From: an uncultured Chloroflexia bacterium
Lineage (GTDB): Bacteria; Chloroflexota; Limnocylindria; QHBO01
NCBI GenBank assembly: GCA_963839635.1
Contig: CAWIVT010000003.1
Span: 3,187-67,186, forward strand
Direction of reading: 5' to 3'
Length of the DNA stretch: 64,000 nucleotides
Made by a program: the position numbers and the translations under genes. The notes beneath the pieces were generated by a model that was not told the origin of the DNA, made no database searches, and saw nothing but the letters and a program-made list of their open reading frames with translations. Below, piece by piece: positions 20,739 through 31,766 of the stretch. The first letter of the stretch is position 1; every line of letters starts with the position of its first letter.

Positions 20739-22066
20739 CCGACCGTCACGAGCACGTGGCGCCTGCAGAGATCGTCGAGCAGCTGCGGACCACGCCGCTC
20801 TTCGGCGGGCTCGAGGACGAACAGCTGCGAGCGGCTCGTCGGTATGGGCGAGGTCGTCGACCTCCCTGCCGGGACGCGACTCATCGGCGAGGGAGATCGC
20901 GCCGACGCGCTGTACGTCGTACTCGCCGGCGAGCTCGAGGTGACCAGGAGGTCGGGGAGCGCCGACATCCCGGTGGCACGCGTCGGGCCGGGCTCGTTGC
21001 AGGGCGAGATCGCCGCGCTCGAGGGCGGCCGCAGGCTCGCCTCCGTTGACGCCGTGACCGAGGCCGAGGTGCTTCGCATCCCGGTCGAGGCCGTCCGGGA
21101 CCTGCTCGCGGCCGGCCCGGATGTGGCGCTGGCCATCATTCGCACCGCGGTGGCGCGCCTGCGGCAGCTGGAGGCAACGCTGCGCGAGCGCGAGAAGCTG
21201 GCCTCGCTCGGCACGATGGCCGCGGGCCTCGCGCATGAGCTCAACAACCCGGCTGCGGCTGCGGTCCGCGCAGTCCGCCACCTCGACGCCGCGATCTCCG
21301 CGGTCGAGCAGCTGCCACGGCCCGACCCAGTGCCGAGCCCTCCTGACGGCATGGACGCCCCACGCTCGTCGCTCGAGCGCGCCGACCGGATCGACGAAGT
21401 GGCCGCCGTGGTGGGCGACTCGGATCAGGCCGCGGCCGCTCGTGGACGCTGGCTGGACCGCGGATGCCCTGCGAGAGCTTCCGCACGACGACCATCAGCT
21501 GGCTGGCTGCGCGCGCGTCCGCCCACCAGCTGCTCGACGAGGTTGGGCTCGCGGTCGGACGGATCAGCGACATCGTCGGCGCCGTCAAGGGGTACGTCTA
21601 CCTCGACCAGATGCCGGTGCAGCGTGTCGATGTCAGGGTCGGACTCGGGCAGACGCTGACGATCCTCAAGCACCGGCTCAGGGACGGCATCGATGTGCGG
21701 CACGAGCTCGCCGACGAGGTGCCGGAGATCGAGGCTCACGGCTCCGAGCTGAACCAGGTGTGGACGAACCTGGTCGACAACGCCATCGACGCCATGGACG
21801 GGCGAGGCACCCTCACCGTTCGCGCGGAGCCGGATCCCACCGGTAACGGGGTGCGGGTGTCCATCTGCGACTCTGGCGCCGGCATTCCGGACGACGTTCG
21901 CCCCCACCTGTTCGAGCCCTTCTATACGACCAAGCCGCCGGGAAAGGGCACCGGGCTCGGGCTGCACATCTCGCACTCCGTCGTGGCGCGGCACGGCGGC
22001 AGGATCGACGTCGAGTCGGAGCCCGGACGAACGTGCTTCGTCGTCACCCTTCCCTCGGGCACCTGA
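20735..22066 (+). CDS. cNMP-binding-domain histidine kinase (frameshifts near 20830 and 21435)
   Basis: PLFGGL, EGDRADALYVV, GEIA; AGLAHELNNPA, LNQVWTNLVDNA, DSGAGI, PFYTTK, GTGLGL; ATGA overlap with the upstream gene. Confidence 0.88.
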
Positions 22067-22081
22067 CCCGCCGCCGAGCGA

Positions 22082-23008
22082 TCAGCCAGGCGCCGGCTGT
22101 GCCTCCGTGCGCCGCCGCGACGATCGAACGCGGACCGTCACCAGCAGAAGCCCGGCGATGATGAACGCGACGCCCACCAGTTGAAGGGCCGAGGGTGCCT
22201 CGGACAGGATCCAGATCCCAAGCAGGACCGATCCGACCGGCTGGATGGTGAGCACGACCGACGTGATGGCTGCCGGCAGGCGCGGCAGGCTGATGCTGAT
22301 GAGCAGCCACCCGCAGACCTGGATGCCCAGTGCCAGCACCAGTAGCCAGCCGTGCGCCGGCCAGCTGATCGTGAGGTCGATCTCTCCGAGGGGCAGGCCG
22401 ACGGCCAGGGCAATGATCGCCGTTGACGCCGTGGCGTCGAACAGCGGGCCCGCCGGTCGACGGATGTCGGCGTTCGCTCGTCGCTGGACCAGAATGAATC
22501 CACCGTAGGCGAGGCCGGTGCCCAGACCCAGGATCACCCCCAGCACCGGGTTCTCCCCGTATGCACCGACTCCGATCACGCCCGAGATGAGGACGACGCC
22601 GATGAGCACCAGCGGCACGGAGATCGCGACGCGCCGGGACGGCCGCTCACGGAGGAAGATCCATGCGGCGATCGGTACCACGACGACCTGGGTGTTCCCG
22701 AGCACGGTCGCCAGGCCGGCGCCAACGTGGTTGATCGCGTGGTGCCACAGGATGAGGTCCGCGGCGAAGAAGATCCCCGCGAGCCAAGCCAGCCGGACCT
22801 GGCTCGCCGGTCGTGGTCCGTAGCGGCGACGTTCGTACCAGGCGAGGAGCGCAAGGGGAGGCAGCGCGTACGCGCAGCGGAAGAAGGCGGCGGTCGACGG
22901 CGGCACGTCGGCAAGGCGCACCAGGACAGCCGAGCCGGCGATGGCCAGCGCTCCCATGACAGCAGCAAGGACGGGCCGGCGAGCCAGGAACCTGATGACG
23001 GGTCGCAC
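22082..23008 (-). CDS. DMT/EamA-family transporter
   Basis: Ten TMs in two repeats; GAGLATVLGNTQ, FLRERP, IQPV..ILSE. Confidence 0.9.
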   Translation of the reverse strand: MRPVIRFLARRPVLAAVMGALAIAGSAVLVRLADVPPSTAAFFRCAYALPPLALLAWYERRRYGPRPASQVRLAWLAGIFFAADLILWHHAINHVGAGLATVLGNTQVVVVPIAAWIFLRERPSRRVAISVPLVLIGVVLISGVIGVGAYGENPVLGVILGLGTGLAYGGFILVQRRANADIRRPAGPLFDATASTAIIALAVGLPLGEIDLTISWPAHGWLLVLALGIQVCGWLLISISLPRLPAAITSVVLTIQPVGSVLLGIWILSEAPSALQLVGVAFIIAGLLLVTVRVRSSRRRTEAQPAPG

Positions 23009-23118
23009 CCGCGAAGCCTAGCCGAGGCCTCATCGGTGCGCCGATGGCTGCCTGTTCAGAGCGCTGTGGTCCGGTGGGCTTGCCCTGATGCCTCCCTGCA
23101 TCGCACACTCCCGACGCG

Positions 23119-25777
23119 ATGCCTGAGTTGCTCACCGGTACCGTCACGTTCCTGTTCAGCGACATCGAGGGGTCGACCCGTCTCCTCCAGGACCTCGGCG
23201 ACGGTTGGCCGCCGGTACTGGCGCGCCACCAGGAGCTGATGCGGGCCGCCTTCGCTGCCGAGCGCGGGGAGGAGTTCGGGACCGAGGGCGACTCGTTCTT
23301 CGTCGCGTTCCCGACCGCGCCCGGAGCCGTCGCCGCCGCCGCCGCCGCGCAGCGAGCCCTCGCGGCCGAGCCATGGCCGCCGGACGCCGATATCCGCGTC
23401 CGCATCGGCCTCCACACCGGCGAGGCGGAGGTCTCGGCCGAGTCCTACGTCGGAATCGACGTTCATCGGGCCAGCCGCATCGCCAGCGCCGGGCACGGCG
23501 GCCAGGTGCTGCTCTCGGACGCTACGCGCACGCTCGTCCAGCGACGCGCTGCCTGCCGGGGTGGAGCTGCGCGACCTCGGGGAACACCGCCTCAAGGACC
23601 TCGAGCATCGCGAGCACCTCTGGCAGCTCGTACTGCCCGGCCTCGCGGACGACTTTGCCCCGATCGGGTCGCTCGACGCCGTCCCGAACAACCTGCCGAC
23701 GCGGCTGACCACCTTCCTCGGACGCGCGCGGGAGATCGCCGATGTCGCGGCGCTGCTTGAGCGAAGCCGGCTGCTCACGCTCACCGGGCCTGGCGGGACG
23801 GGCAAGACGCGTCTCAGCCTCGAGGTCGCCGGACGCGCGCTCGGAACCTACGCGGCCGGGGTCTTCTTCGTGGAGCTGGAGTCGATCAACGAGGCGGCGC
23901 TGGTTCCGGCAACCATCGCGCAGGCGCTCGGGCTCCCGGACCGCGGCGGACGCAGCTCGGTCGATCGGCTGATCGACGCCATCGGCGAGAAGAGGATGCT
24001 GCTCGTTCTCGACAACTTCGAGCAGGTTGTGGCGGCCGGACCGGCCATCGCCGCGCTCCTGGCCGCGTGCCGCAACCTGACCGTTCTCACCAGCACCCGC
24101 AGCGTCCTCCACATCTCGGGAGAGCAGGAATACGCGGTGCCGCCTCTCGGGCTGCCGGACGCCGCGAACCTGCCGCCGCTTGCACGTCTCGGCGAATACG
24201 AGGCTGTCGCGCTGTTCATCGAGCGGGCTCGGTCGGTGAAGCCGGACTTCGAGCTCACGGACCAGAACGCCGCCGCCGTGGCCGAGATCTGCGTGCGGCT
24301 CGACGGCCTGCCGCTGGCCATCGAGCTGGCGGCGGCCCGGATCCGGATCCTCACGCCCGCAGGCGATGCTCGGTCGCCTGAGGATCGGCTGGGCCTCCTG
24401 GCCGGCGGCGCGCGCGATCTGCCCGAGCGGCAGCAGACGCTGCGAGGCGCGATCGCATGGAGCCACGACATGCTCGACGACGACGACCGCGCCCTGTTCG
24501 CGCTGCCTGTCGGTATTCGTCGGCGGCGCGGGACTCGACGCGATCGAGCGCGTCTGCGGATCGGGGACGGGCGACCTGCTCGAGCACCCTCGGCTCCCTG
24601 GTCGAGAAGAGCCTCGTCCGCCAGATGGACGGGGTCGACGGCGAGCCACGCTTCGGCATGCTCGAGACCATCCGCGAGTTTGCGATCGAGCGGGCCGTTG
24701 CGCGGCGGCCGCTGGGACTCGCTGCGTTCGGAGCACGCCCAGCATTTCCTCGCTCTTGCCGAGGAGGCGTCGTCGCATGTCATGGGATCGGACAAGCGAG
24801 ACTGGCTCGACCGGCTGGAAGAGGATCACGACAACCTTCGGGCGGCGATCGGCTGGTCGATCGAAATGTCCGCGGCCGATCTCGCGCTGCGCCTCGGCTC
24901 TACACTCTGGCGCTTCTGGCAGATGCGCGGCTACCTGGCCGAGGGCCTGGAGCGGCTCGAGCAGATCCTCGCCCTGCCGCAGGCGTCCGACCACCCGGCG
25001 ATCCTGGCTGATGCACTCGACGCTGCCGCCGGCCTCGCCTATTGGCAGGCAGACGCGGACCGCTCACGTGTCCTCTACGAGCGCGAGATCGAAACCCGGC
25101 GCGGGCTTGGCGATCGGCGCGGCCTGGCCGAGGCGCTCTACTCGATCTCGTTCACCTGGTCGGTCATTGGCCTTCAGGACGAGAACAACGCCGTCGCCGC
25201 GCTGGGATACGTGAACGAAGCGCTCGCGATCTTCCGCGAGCTCGGCGATGTGTCGGGCGTGGGACGTTGCGAATGGGCACTCGCGAACATTGCCTACGGG
25301 ATGGGGCGGAGCGATGACGCGCGGTCCCATGTGCGGGACGCTCTCGCGGTGTTCGAGGCCATCGACGACCGCTTCATGGTCGGCTGGGCGAGCTACACCA
25401 TGGGCCTCGCCGAGCTGAGCGACTTCTATGCCGGCGCCGATGGCCGGACACTGATCGAGGCCAGCCGATGGCTTCGTCAATCGCTCGAGATCTTCAACGA
25501 GGCCCAGGACGTCAGCGGCTACACGCTTGTGCTCGACGGACTGGCGATCGTCGCTTTCCACCAGGGCGACCTCGGCCGTGCCGCGCGGCTATCCGGCGCC
25601 GTTGCCACCTTCGAGCGCACGAGCGGTACCGGGCTGAACCTGTTCAACCGAGAGGTTCTCGGGTTCGACCCCGAAACCCTGCGAGCGGAGCCGGCGCATG
25701 CGCGCGACTGGGCCGCCGGCGAGCAGCTGACCGCAGAGGAAGCCGTTTCCTACGCGCTCGAGGAGGGGCGGCCCTGA
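23119..25777 (+). CDS. Class III nucleotide cyclase - STAND ATPase - TPR protein (several frameshifts)
   Basis: TFLFSDIEGST, EGDSFF, RIGLHTGE, VHRASRI; NLPTRLTTFLGR, Walker A GPGGTGKT, LVLDNFEQ, LDGLPLAIELAAAR, TPR-like tail. Confidence 0.9.
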
Positions 25778-25794
25778 GCGCCTCGTGACGCCCG

Positions 25795-26598
25795 TCAGGC
25801 CGGTGCGGCGAGGTCCCTGCGCGGGAAGATCACGATGGCGAAGATCACCGGCACCAGCGCAGCCACGAACACGATCACGAGGTCGATCCCCTGCATGCCG
25901 CCGGTGAGGATCTCGCCCGGGTTGAAGTGATGGAACAGCGAGTATTCCTGGGTCCAGGCAGCATCGGTCCATAGCGAACCCAGGATCTCAAGGAAGTAGT
26001 TGGTCATGAGGTATCCCAGCGACAGGCCGATGGCCGGTCCGGGCCGATCGAAGCTCACCGAGGCGGCCAGCCCGAAGGTGGTGAACGCCGCCCACATGCC
26101 GAACCCGTTGAGGAGGACGAGCGGCATCATGCCCAGGTCGACCTCATCGCTGATGCCCTGAAGTACCGATCCGCCGACCATCCCGCCCAGGATCGCAACC
26201 AGGACGAGGACCACCGCCAGCAGCAGCGCAACCAGGATGCTCGCGTAGAGCGTGAGGCGCGAGATCGGGCGCGCCAACAGGACCTCGAGCGTTCCGCTGG
26301 CACGCTCGCCCGCCACGGCGGTGGCCGAAGCCCCAACGGCGAAGATGGCCACCATGGAGATGGCCAGCGGATGCTGCAGGCCGAGGGTGATGGCCCCAGG
26401 AAGATCGAAGAGCGATCCGGACCCGAAGCTCATCAGCTCCTCCGGAAACACGCCCGAGTTGACGAGGTCGCGAAAGACCTCGCTAAAGGCGCCGTAGATG
26501 ATCGGGATGAGCACGCCCCAGCCGACGCCGGCCAGCATGACCACGATGAGCCGAACGCGTTGCCAGCGCAGGGTCTGGCGCAACAGCCGCCCGCTCAC
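25795..26598 (-). CDS. ABC-2 type permease
   Basis: AVAGERASGTLEVLLARPISR; six TMs; GTGA overlap with the ATPase. Confidence 0.88.
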   Translation of the reverse strand: MSGRLLRQTLRWQRVRLIVVMLAGVGWGVLIPIIYGAFSEVFRDLVNSGVFPEELMSFGSGSLFDLPGAITLGLQHPLAISMVAIFAVGASATAVAGERASGTLEVLLARPISRLTLYASILVALLLAVVLVLVAILGGMVGGSVLQGISDEVDLGMMPLVLLNGFGMWAAFTTFGLAASVSFDRPGPAIGLSLGYLMTNYFLEILGSLWTDAAWTQEYSLFHHFNPGEILTGGMQGIDLVIVFVAALVPVIFAIVIFPRRDLAAPA

Positions 26599-27518
26599 GA
26601 CGCCGCCGCCTCCTCGTCGCGTTCGGGGGCGTAGTACTCGAGGAACGCCTCCTCGAGGCTGGCGGGCTCGATGGTGAGGTCCTCCAGGCTCGGGGAGGCG
26701 ATGGCCCGCACGAATCCCGCAACCTCGCCGGACAGCATTCCGATCACCCTGTTGCCGTCCACCTGCACGTCCTCCAGGCCCGGGAGAGCGGACAGGTCCG
26801 GCGTGCCGCGCCAGCGCAGCATCACCCGTCGCCTGCGGCGAGCGAGGAGCTCGCCCACGTCGTGGATCGCCATCAGGTGCCCGGCCCGGATGATCGCAAC
26901 CCGATCGCACAGCCGCTCGACCTCGGACAGCACGTGCGACGAGAAGAACACGGTGCGCCCCTCCCGCCGGAGGTCGTCAAGGATCCGATAGAACGCGTGC
27001 TGCATGAGCGGGTCGAGCCCCTCGGTGGGCTCGTCGAGGATGGCGAGCTCGGGGTCGTGCTGGAGAGCCTGGACGACACCGATCTTCTGGCGCATCCCGC
27101 GTGAGTAGTCGCGCACCTTCCGTCGCAGGACGGAGCCGGGAAGCTCGAGCCGATCGCACAGCTCGGCGCGCCGCCGCGGCTCGCGGCCCTGGAGATCGAC
27201 GAGGTAGTCCAGTACCTGCTCGCCGGTGAGCGAGTCGTACAGCGAGATGCCACCGGGCAGGTAGCCGGTCAGGCGCCTGATCTCGACCGAGTCGAGCGCG
27301 ATGTCCATGCCGAGCACGGTCGCGCCGCCGCTCGTCGCGTGGAGGAAGCCGAGGAGGGTCCTGATCATCGTCGACTTGCCGGCGCCGTTGGGCCCCAGGA
27401 AGCCGTAGATCTCGCCCCGGTTGACCTCGAGCGTCAGGGACGTGAGCGCCTCCACCGAGCCGTAGTGCTTCGTCAGCCCACGGGTGCTGATGACTGCGGT
27501 CGGTGGCGTGCCCTCCAT
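26595..27518 (-). CDS. ABC transporter ATP-binding protein
   Basis: GPNGAGKS, YSRGMRQK, ILDEPTEGLDP, SSH. Confidence 0.95.
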   Translation of the reverse strand: MEGTPPTAVISTRGLTKHYGSVEALTSLTLEVNRGEIYGFLGPNGAGKSTMIRTLLGFLHATSGGATVLGMDIALDSVEIRRLTGYLPGGISLYDSLTGEQVLDYLVDLQGREPRRRAELCDRLELPGSVLRRKVRDYSRGMRQKIGVVQALQHDPELAILDEPTEGLDPLMQHAFYRILDDLRREGRTVFFSSHVLSEVERLCDRVAIIRAGHLMAIHDVGELLARRRRRVMLRWRGTPDLSALPGLEDVQVDGNRVIGMLSGEVAGFVRAIASPSLEDLTIEPASLEEAFLEYYAPERDEEAAAS

Positions 27519-27574
27519 CGGGCTGATCGTACCGCGCCGGCCGCGGCCGAGAGGTCACGGGCTACCATCCGCCG

Positions 27575-28729
27575 ATGCACGTCATCGTCATCGGCGCCGG
27601 GGTATTCGGCACGTGGACGGCCCGTTGGCTCCAGCGCCGTGGCGCATCGGTCACCTTGGTCGATCAGTACGGGCCGGGCAACTCGCTGTCGAGTTCCGGT
27701 GACGAGTCGCGCGTGACGCGCTCGGCGCACGGCGCGGACGAGCTCTACCCGGCCTGGCAGCGCCGATCGCTCGAACAGTGGCTCGCCCTCGATCCGGCGC
27801 TCTTCGTTCGGACCGGCGTCCTGTGGCTCGCGCGTCGGGACGATGGTTTCGAGGCCGACTCCCTGGCAGCTCTACGCCGCCTGGAGGTTCCCGTCGAGCT
27901 GCTCGACCAGGACGAGCTGGCGCGCCGATGGCCGCAGCTCCGCAGCGACGGCGTGGCCTGGGCGCTTCACGAGCCGGAGGCCGGCGTGCTCATGGCGCGG
28001 CGCGCAGTGGCCGCCGTCGCGGATGCGTTCGTCGCCGAGGGGGGCGAGCTCGTGACCGGCCACGCCACTCTTGACCAGGACGGAGTGGTGATCGAGGTCA
28101 CCGCCTCCTCTTCCGGCTTCGACGCAGTGGTCTTCGCGGCGGGCGCGTGGCTTCCGAAGGTCCTTCCCAACGTGAGCGGCCTGCAAATGTCGGTGCCGCG
28201 GCAGGAGATCATCTACTTCGCGACCCCTCCGGGGGTCACGGCGTTCGACGCCCACCAGATGCCGACCTGGGTCGAGTACGACGCCGCGTTCTACGGGCTT
28301 CCCTCGATCGAGGGCCGCGGGTTCAAGGTCGCGCCCGACTGGGCCGGACCGGAGGTCGATCCCGACACCCTCGACCGCCGGATCTCCGACGAGCGCATCG
28401 AGGCGTCGCGAGCCTACTTGCGGCGGCGCTTCCCGGCCCTCGCCGACCGCCCCGTGGCCGAGGGCCGCGTGTGCCAGTACGAGCTCACCGCCGACACCCA
28501 TTTCATCATCGATCGTGTCCCGGAGCTCGCGCATCTCAACGCGTGGGTCGTCGGCGGCGGCTCCGGACACGGCTTCAAGCACGCGCCGGTGGTGGGGGAG
28601 TACCTCAGTGGGCTCATGACCGGCAGTGACGTCTCGGACATTCGCCCTCCGGACGACCGATTCGCGCTGCGGCTGCGCACCGCCGGGGTAAGTATGCGCA
28701 CCGCCGGAATCGCCCCGATCGACTCATGA
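27575..28729 (+). CDS. Monomeric sarcosine oxidase/SolA-like FAD amine oxidase
   Basis: VIGAGVFG, SSSGDESR, VCQYELTAD.HFIID, GSGHGFKHAP. Confidence 0.85.
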   Translation: MHVIVIGAGVFGTWTARWLQRRGASVTLVDQYGPGNSLSSSGDESRVTRSAHGADELYPAWQRRSLEQWLALDPALFVRTGVLWLARRDDGFEADSLAALRRLEVPVELLDQDELARRWPQLRSDGVAWALHEPEAGVLMARRAVAAVADAFVAEGGELVTGHATLDQDGVVIEVTASSSGFDAVVFAAGAWLPKVLPNVSGLQMSVPRQEIIYFATPPGVTAFDAHQMPTWVEYDAAFYGLPSIEGRGFKVAPDWAGPEVDPDTLDRRISDERIEASRAYLRRRFPALADRPVAEGRVCQYELTADTHFIIDRVPELAHLNAWVVGGGSGHGFKHAPVVGEYLSGLMTGSDVSDIRPPDDRFALRLRTAGVSMRTAGIAPIDS

Positions 28730-28769
28730 GGCCTACCGGTTGGCGTTGATCTGACGGGCGCCGCGGTGA

Positions 28770-29318
28770 CTATTGCGCGGCCGCAAGCTCGGCGAGCGCG
28801 CCGGCGAAGCGCTCGTAGGTGTCCTCGCTGAACAGCACGAAGCGCGCGACATCGACACCCGTGCTCCCACGCAGGTGCTCCGCCACGCTGTTGATGGCGA
28901 CCCGGGCGCCGGCGTGCGGCGGATATCCGTAGATGCCCATGCTGATGGCGGGAAACGCGACGCTCCTGGCGCCCAGCTCATCGGCCAGGAGCAGGCTGGA
29001 CCGATAGGCGTCTGCCAGCAGCTGCGGCTCGCCATGCGTACCACCCCGCCAGACCGGGCCGACCGCGTGGATCACCCACTTCGCGGGCAGGTCATAGGCA
29101 TCGGTGGCGACCGCGGTGCCGGTCGGCGTTCCATCGGGAAAGCGACGTCGCAGCTCCTCGAGCAGGCCCGAACCCGCAGCCCGATGGATGGCGCCGTCGA
29201 CTCCGCCCCCGCCTCGGAGCGCGTCGTTCGCCGCGTTGGCGATCGCGTCGACGCGCTCGGCGGTGATGTCGCCACGGGCCAGCTCCAGCCGCCTCCCATC
29301 GATCACGATCTCATCCAT
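28770..29318 (-). CDS. Macro-domain O-acetyl-ADP-ribose deacetylase (YmdB/MacroD-like)
   Basis: GDIT..DAIANAAN..GGGGVDGAIHRAAG, VIHAVGP, AFPAISMGIYGYP. Confidence 0.93.
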   Translation of the reverse strand: MDEIVIDGRRLELARGDITAERVDAIANAANDALRGGGGVDGAIHRAAGSGLLEELRRRFPDGTPTGTAVATDAYDLPAKWVIHAVGPVWRGGTHGEPQLLADAYRSSLLLADELGARSVAFPAISMGIYGYPPHAGARVAINSVAEHLRGSTGVDVARFVLFSEDTYERFAGALAELAAAQ

Positions 29319-29327
29319 GCGAACGGA

Positions 29328-30647
29328 TCAACGCGAGACGCGCGTCGCGCGCCAGATGCTGCGGATGCCCGCCCGCTGGCCGTACATCAGCACACCGGCG
29401 CTGTAGATCCGCGACGCGATCCAGATGGCGACCACGAGCGTCGCCGCCAGCAGCGCCAGGGCCAGGATCACGTCGCCGAGCCCCACGTTGGTGAGCAGCA
29501 TGCGCGCCGGCATCAGGTACGGGCTGAAGAACGGCACGATCGAGAGCACGCCGACCCAGGGGGCATCGGGATCGTTGAGCCCGGTGAAAGCGGCGAAGTA
29601 GCCGCCCATGGCCAGGAAGATGAGCGGGCCGGCCGCCTGCTGCACGTCTTCGATCCGGCTGACCATCGACCCGGCCGCGGCGTAGAGGGTGGCGTAGAGG
29701 AGGAAGCCGAGCAGGAAGAACGCCCCGAAGGAGAGGGCCATGGTGAGCTCGAGATCGGGCAGCGAGATCGGCGCCTGGCCGCTGAGGCCCAGCGCCTCGG
29801 AGATCGGGCCGTTGGCGACGAAGCCGACGATGGCCGCCACCACCATCGCCAGGTACTGCGTCAGGCCAGCGGCGCCCGTCCCCAGGACCTTGCCGGTGAG
29901 CAGCTGCCGCGGCGTGGCGGCGGTGATGAGCAGCTCCATGACCCTGCCGGACTTCTCCTCTGCGACGCTCTGGGCAACCCAGTTGCCGTACGTCAGGATC
30001 GCCATGAAGGTGAGGATGACGACGGCGTAGGCCAGGATGAAGGCGCCGCCGAAGTCCTCCTGGTTGCGGGCGTCGTCCGGGTCGATCGGAATCGCGGTGA
30101 AGGTCGGCGGGCTGAAGATCTCGGCGCTCTCCTCTTGGCCGATGCCGGCACCCTCCAGCCGCTCTCCGACGGCGAGCGCGGTCGCCGCCTGCGTGACCAG
30201 CAGCCGGGTCCGGTTCGTTGGGCTCGCGCTGCCGAGATACTCGAACTCGAGGTCGCCATCCTCTCCCCGGGTGATCGTCAGCAGTGCGTCGAGCTCGCCG
30301 TCCCGGACAGCCTGCGCGGCCTCGTCCGGGTTGTCGGCGCGCGTGACGCGGGGCCGTTCCTCGTTTCCGGCCGGCTCGGCGTCCGGGTCCGCCTCGGGGT
30401 CCATGCCGAGCAGGAGCGCCGTCTGGATGGTGACGACCGGGTCTGCGTTCAGGTCATCGGCCTGGACGTCGACCGCGATCTCCGGTGGATCCGCGATGCC
30501 GACGGCCGACAGGATGGTCGGCACCATCGTGACGGCCACGATCGCAACGGCCAGCAGGATGGTCGTGATCAGGAAGGCGCGGCCGCGCACGCGGAACAGG
30601 TACTCGCGCCGAGCGACGTGCAACGCGTTCGGAAACAAATTGCTCAT
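29328..30647 (-). CDS. ABC permease, NatB/YhaP-like
   Basis: VARREY, large extracellular loop, VAEEKSGRVMELL, GKVLG, PFFSPYLMPAR. Confidence 0.9.
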   Translation of the reverse strand: MSNLFPNALHVARREYLFRVRGRAFLITTILLAVAIVAVTMVPTILSAVGIADPPEIAVDVQADDLNADPVVTIQTALLLGMDPEADPDAEPAGNEERPRVTRADNPDEAAQAVRDGELDALLTITRGEDGDLEFEYLGSASPTNRTRLLVTQAATALAVGERLEGAGIGQEESAEIFSPPTFTAIPIDPDDARNQEDFGGAFILAYAVVILTFMAILTYGNWVAQSVAEEKSGRVMELLITAATPRQLLTGKVLGTGAAGLTQYLAMVVAAIVGFVANGPISEALGLSGQAPISLPDLELTMALSFGAFFLLGFLLYATLYAAAGSMVSRIEDVQQAAGPLIFLAMGGYFAAFTGLNDPDAPWVGVLSIVPFFSPYLMPARMLLTNVGLGDVILALALLAATLVVAIWIASRIYSAGVLMYGQRAGIRSIWRATRVSR

Positions 30648-31603
30648 CCGTTTGCTCCGCGGCCGGTGGCGGCGAGGTGCTCCTCGGACTCGTCGACCGC
30701 GCGGTGGCCGACGTGCTCGATGAAGATCTCCTCGAGGCTGGGCTCGGTGATCTCGAAGCGCGTGACGCGCTCGCCTCGCTCGAGCGCCGCGGAAAGGACC
30801 GTCTGGGGGTCGCGATCCGCGGGCACGTGCAGCTCGACGTAGTCCTCGCGCTGCGTCGTGACGGTGACGCCGGGCAGATCGCTCAGCCAGCCGACCCCGT
30901 GGCCGTTGCCGTCGGTGGCGAGACGAACCACGCGGCGGCCCATGGCGCGCTTGACGTCGCGGACGGCGCCACTCACCACGACCCGGCCGCGATCGACGAT
31001 CGCGATCGACTCGCACAGCTCCTCCACCGTCTCCATCTGGTGGGTGCTGAAGATGAGCGTCTTGCCGCGGTCGCGCATCTCGAGGAACGCCTCCTTCAGG
31101 AGGCGCACGTTGACGGGATCGAGCCCGGTGAAGGGCTCGTCCATGATCAGCACCTCGGGGTCGTGCAGGATGGCCGCGATGAACTGGATCTTCTGCTGGT
31201 TCCCCTTGGAGAGCTCCTCGACCTTGCGGTCCCGGTAGTCAGGGATGCGGAAGCGCTCCAGCCAGTCGTCGATCTCAGCGGTCGCATCCAAGTCCGAGAC
31301 GCCGTACAGGGCTGCGAAGAAGCGGAGCTGCTCGCTGACCTTCATGCGTGGGTAGAGGCCGCGTTCCTCGGGCAGATAGCCCCACGTGCGCCTCGGGAGC
31401 GCGATGTTCTCGGTGCCCTGCCACGTCACCCGGCCGGAGTCGGCTCGGAGGATGTCGAGGACGATCCGCATGCTCGTCGTCTTGCCGGCGCCATTGGCCC
31501 CGAGCAGGCCGAAGATGCGTCCGGGCTCGACGGAGAACGAGGCGCCGTCGAGCGCGACGATCTCACCGAATCGCTTGGTGATGGAGTCAACGACCAGGGA
31601 CAT
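30644..31603 (-). CDS. ABC ATP-binding protein, NatA/YhaQ-like
   Basis: GANGAGKT, GYLPEERGLY, LSKGNQQK, DEPFTGLDPVN. Confidence 0.93.
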   Translation of the reverse strand: MSLVVDSITKRFGEIVALDGASFSVEPGRIFGLLGANGAGKTTSMRIVLDILRADSGRVTWQGTENIALPRRTWGYLPEERGLYPRMKVSEQLRFFAALYGVSDLDATAEIDDWLERFRIPDYRDRKVEELSKGNQQKIQFIAAILHDPEVLIMDEPFTGLDPVNVRLLKEAFLEMRDRGKTLIFSTHQMETVEELCESIAIVDRGRVVVSGAVRDVKRAMGRRVVRLATDGNGHGVGWLSDLPGVTVTTQREDYVELHVPADRDPQTVLSAALERGERVTRFEITEPSLEEIFIEHVGHRAVDESEEHLAATGRGANG

Positions 31604-31766
31604 TGAACGGAAGCGCCTCTGGAACGTGGCGTGGCAGCGTGTTGCAGCCTAGCCGATAGCGGACCGTGGCGACCGCTCTGCTACACTCCGAATTCCGAAC
31701 CGCCACGCGCCCTCGACCACGGTGCAGCGGTTCGTCCCTGTGCATCCCCTCCACGAGAACGCTCTC

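Noticed and set aside
23119-29318. STAND ATPase plus macro domain as an anti-phage system
   Set aside because: The cyclase-STAND-TPR architecture is a common signalling type, the macro protein is a standard housekeeping form, and they are separated by unrelated genes.
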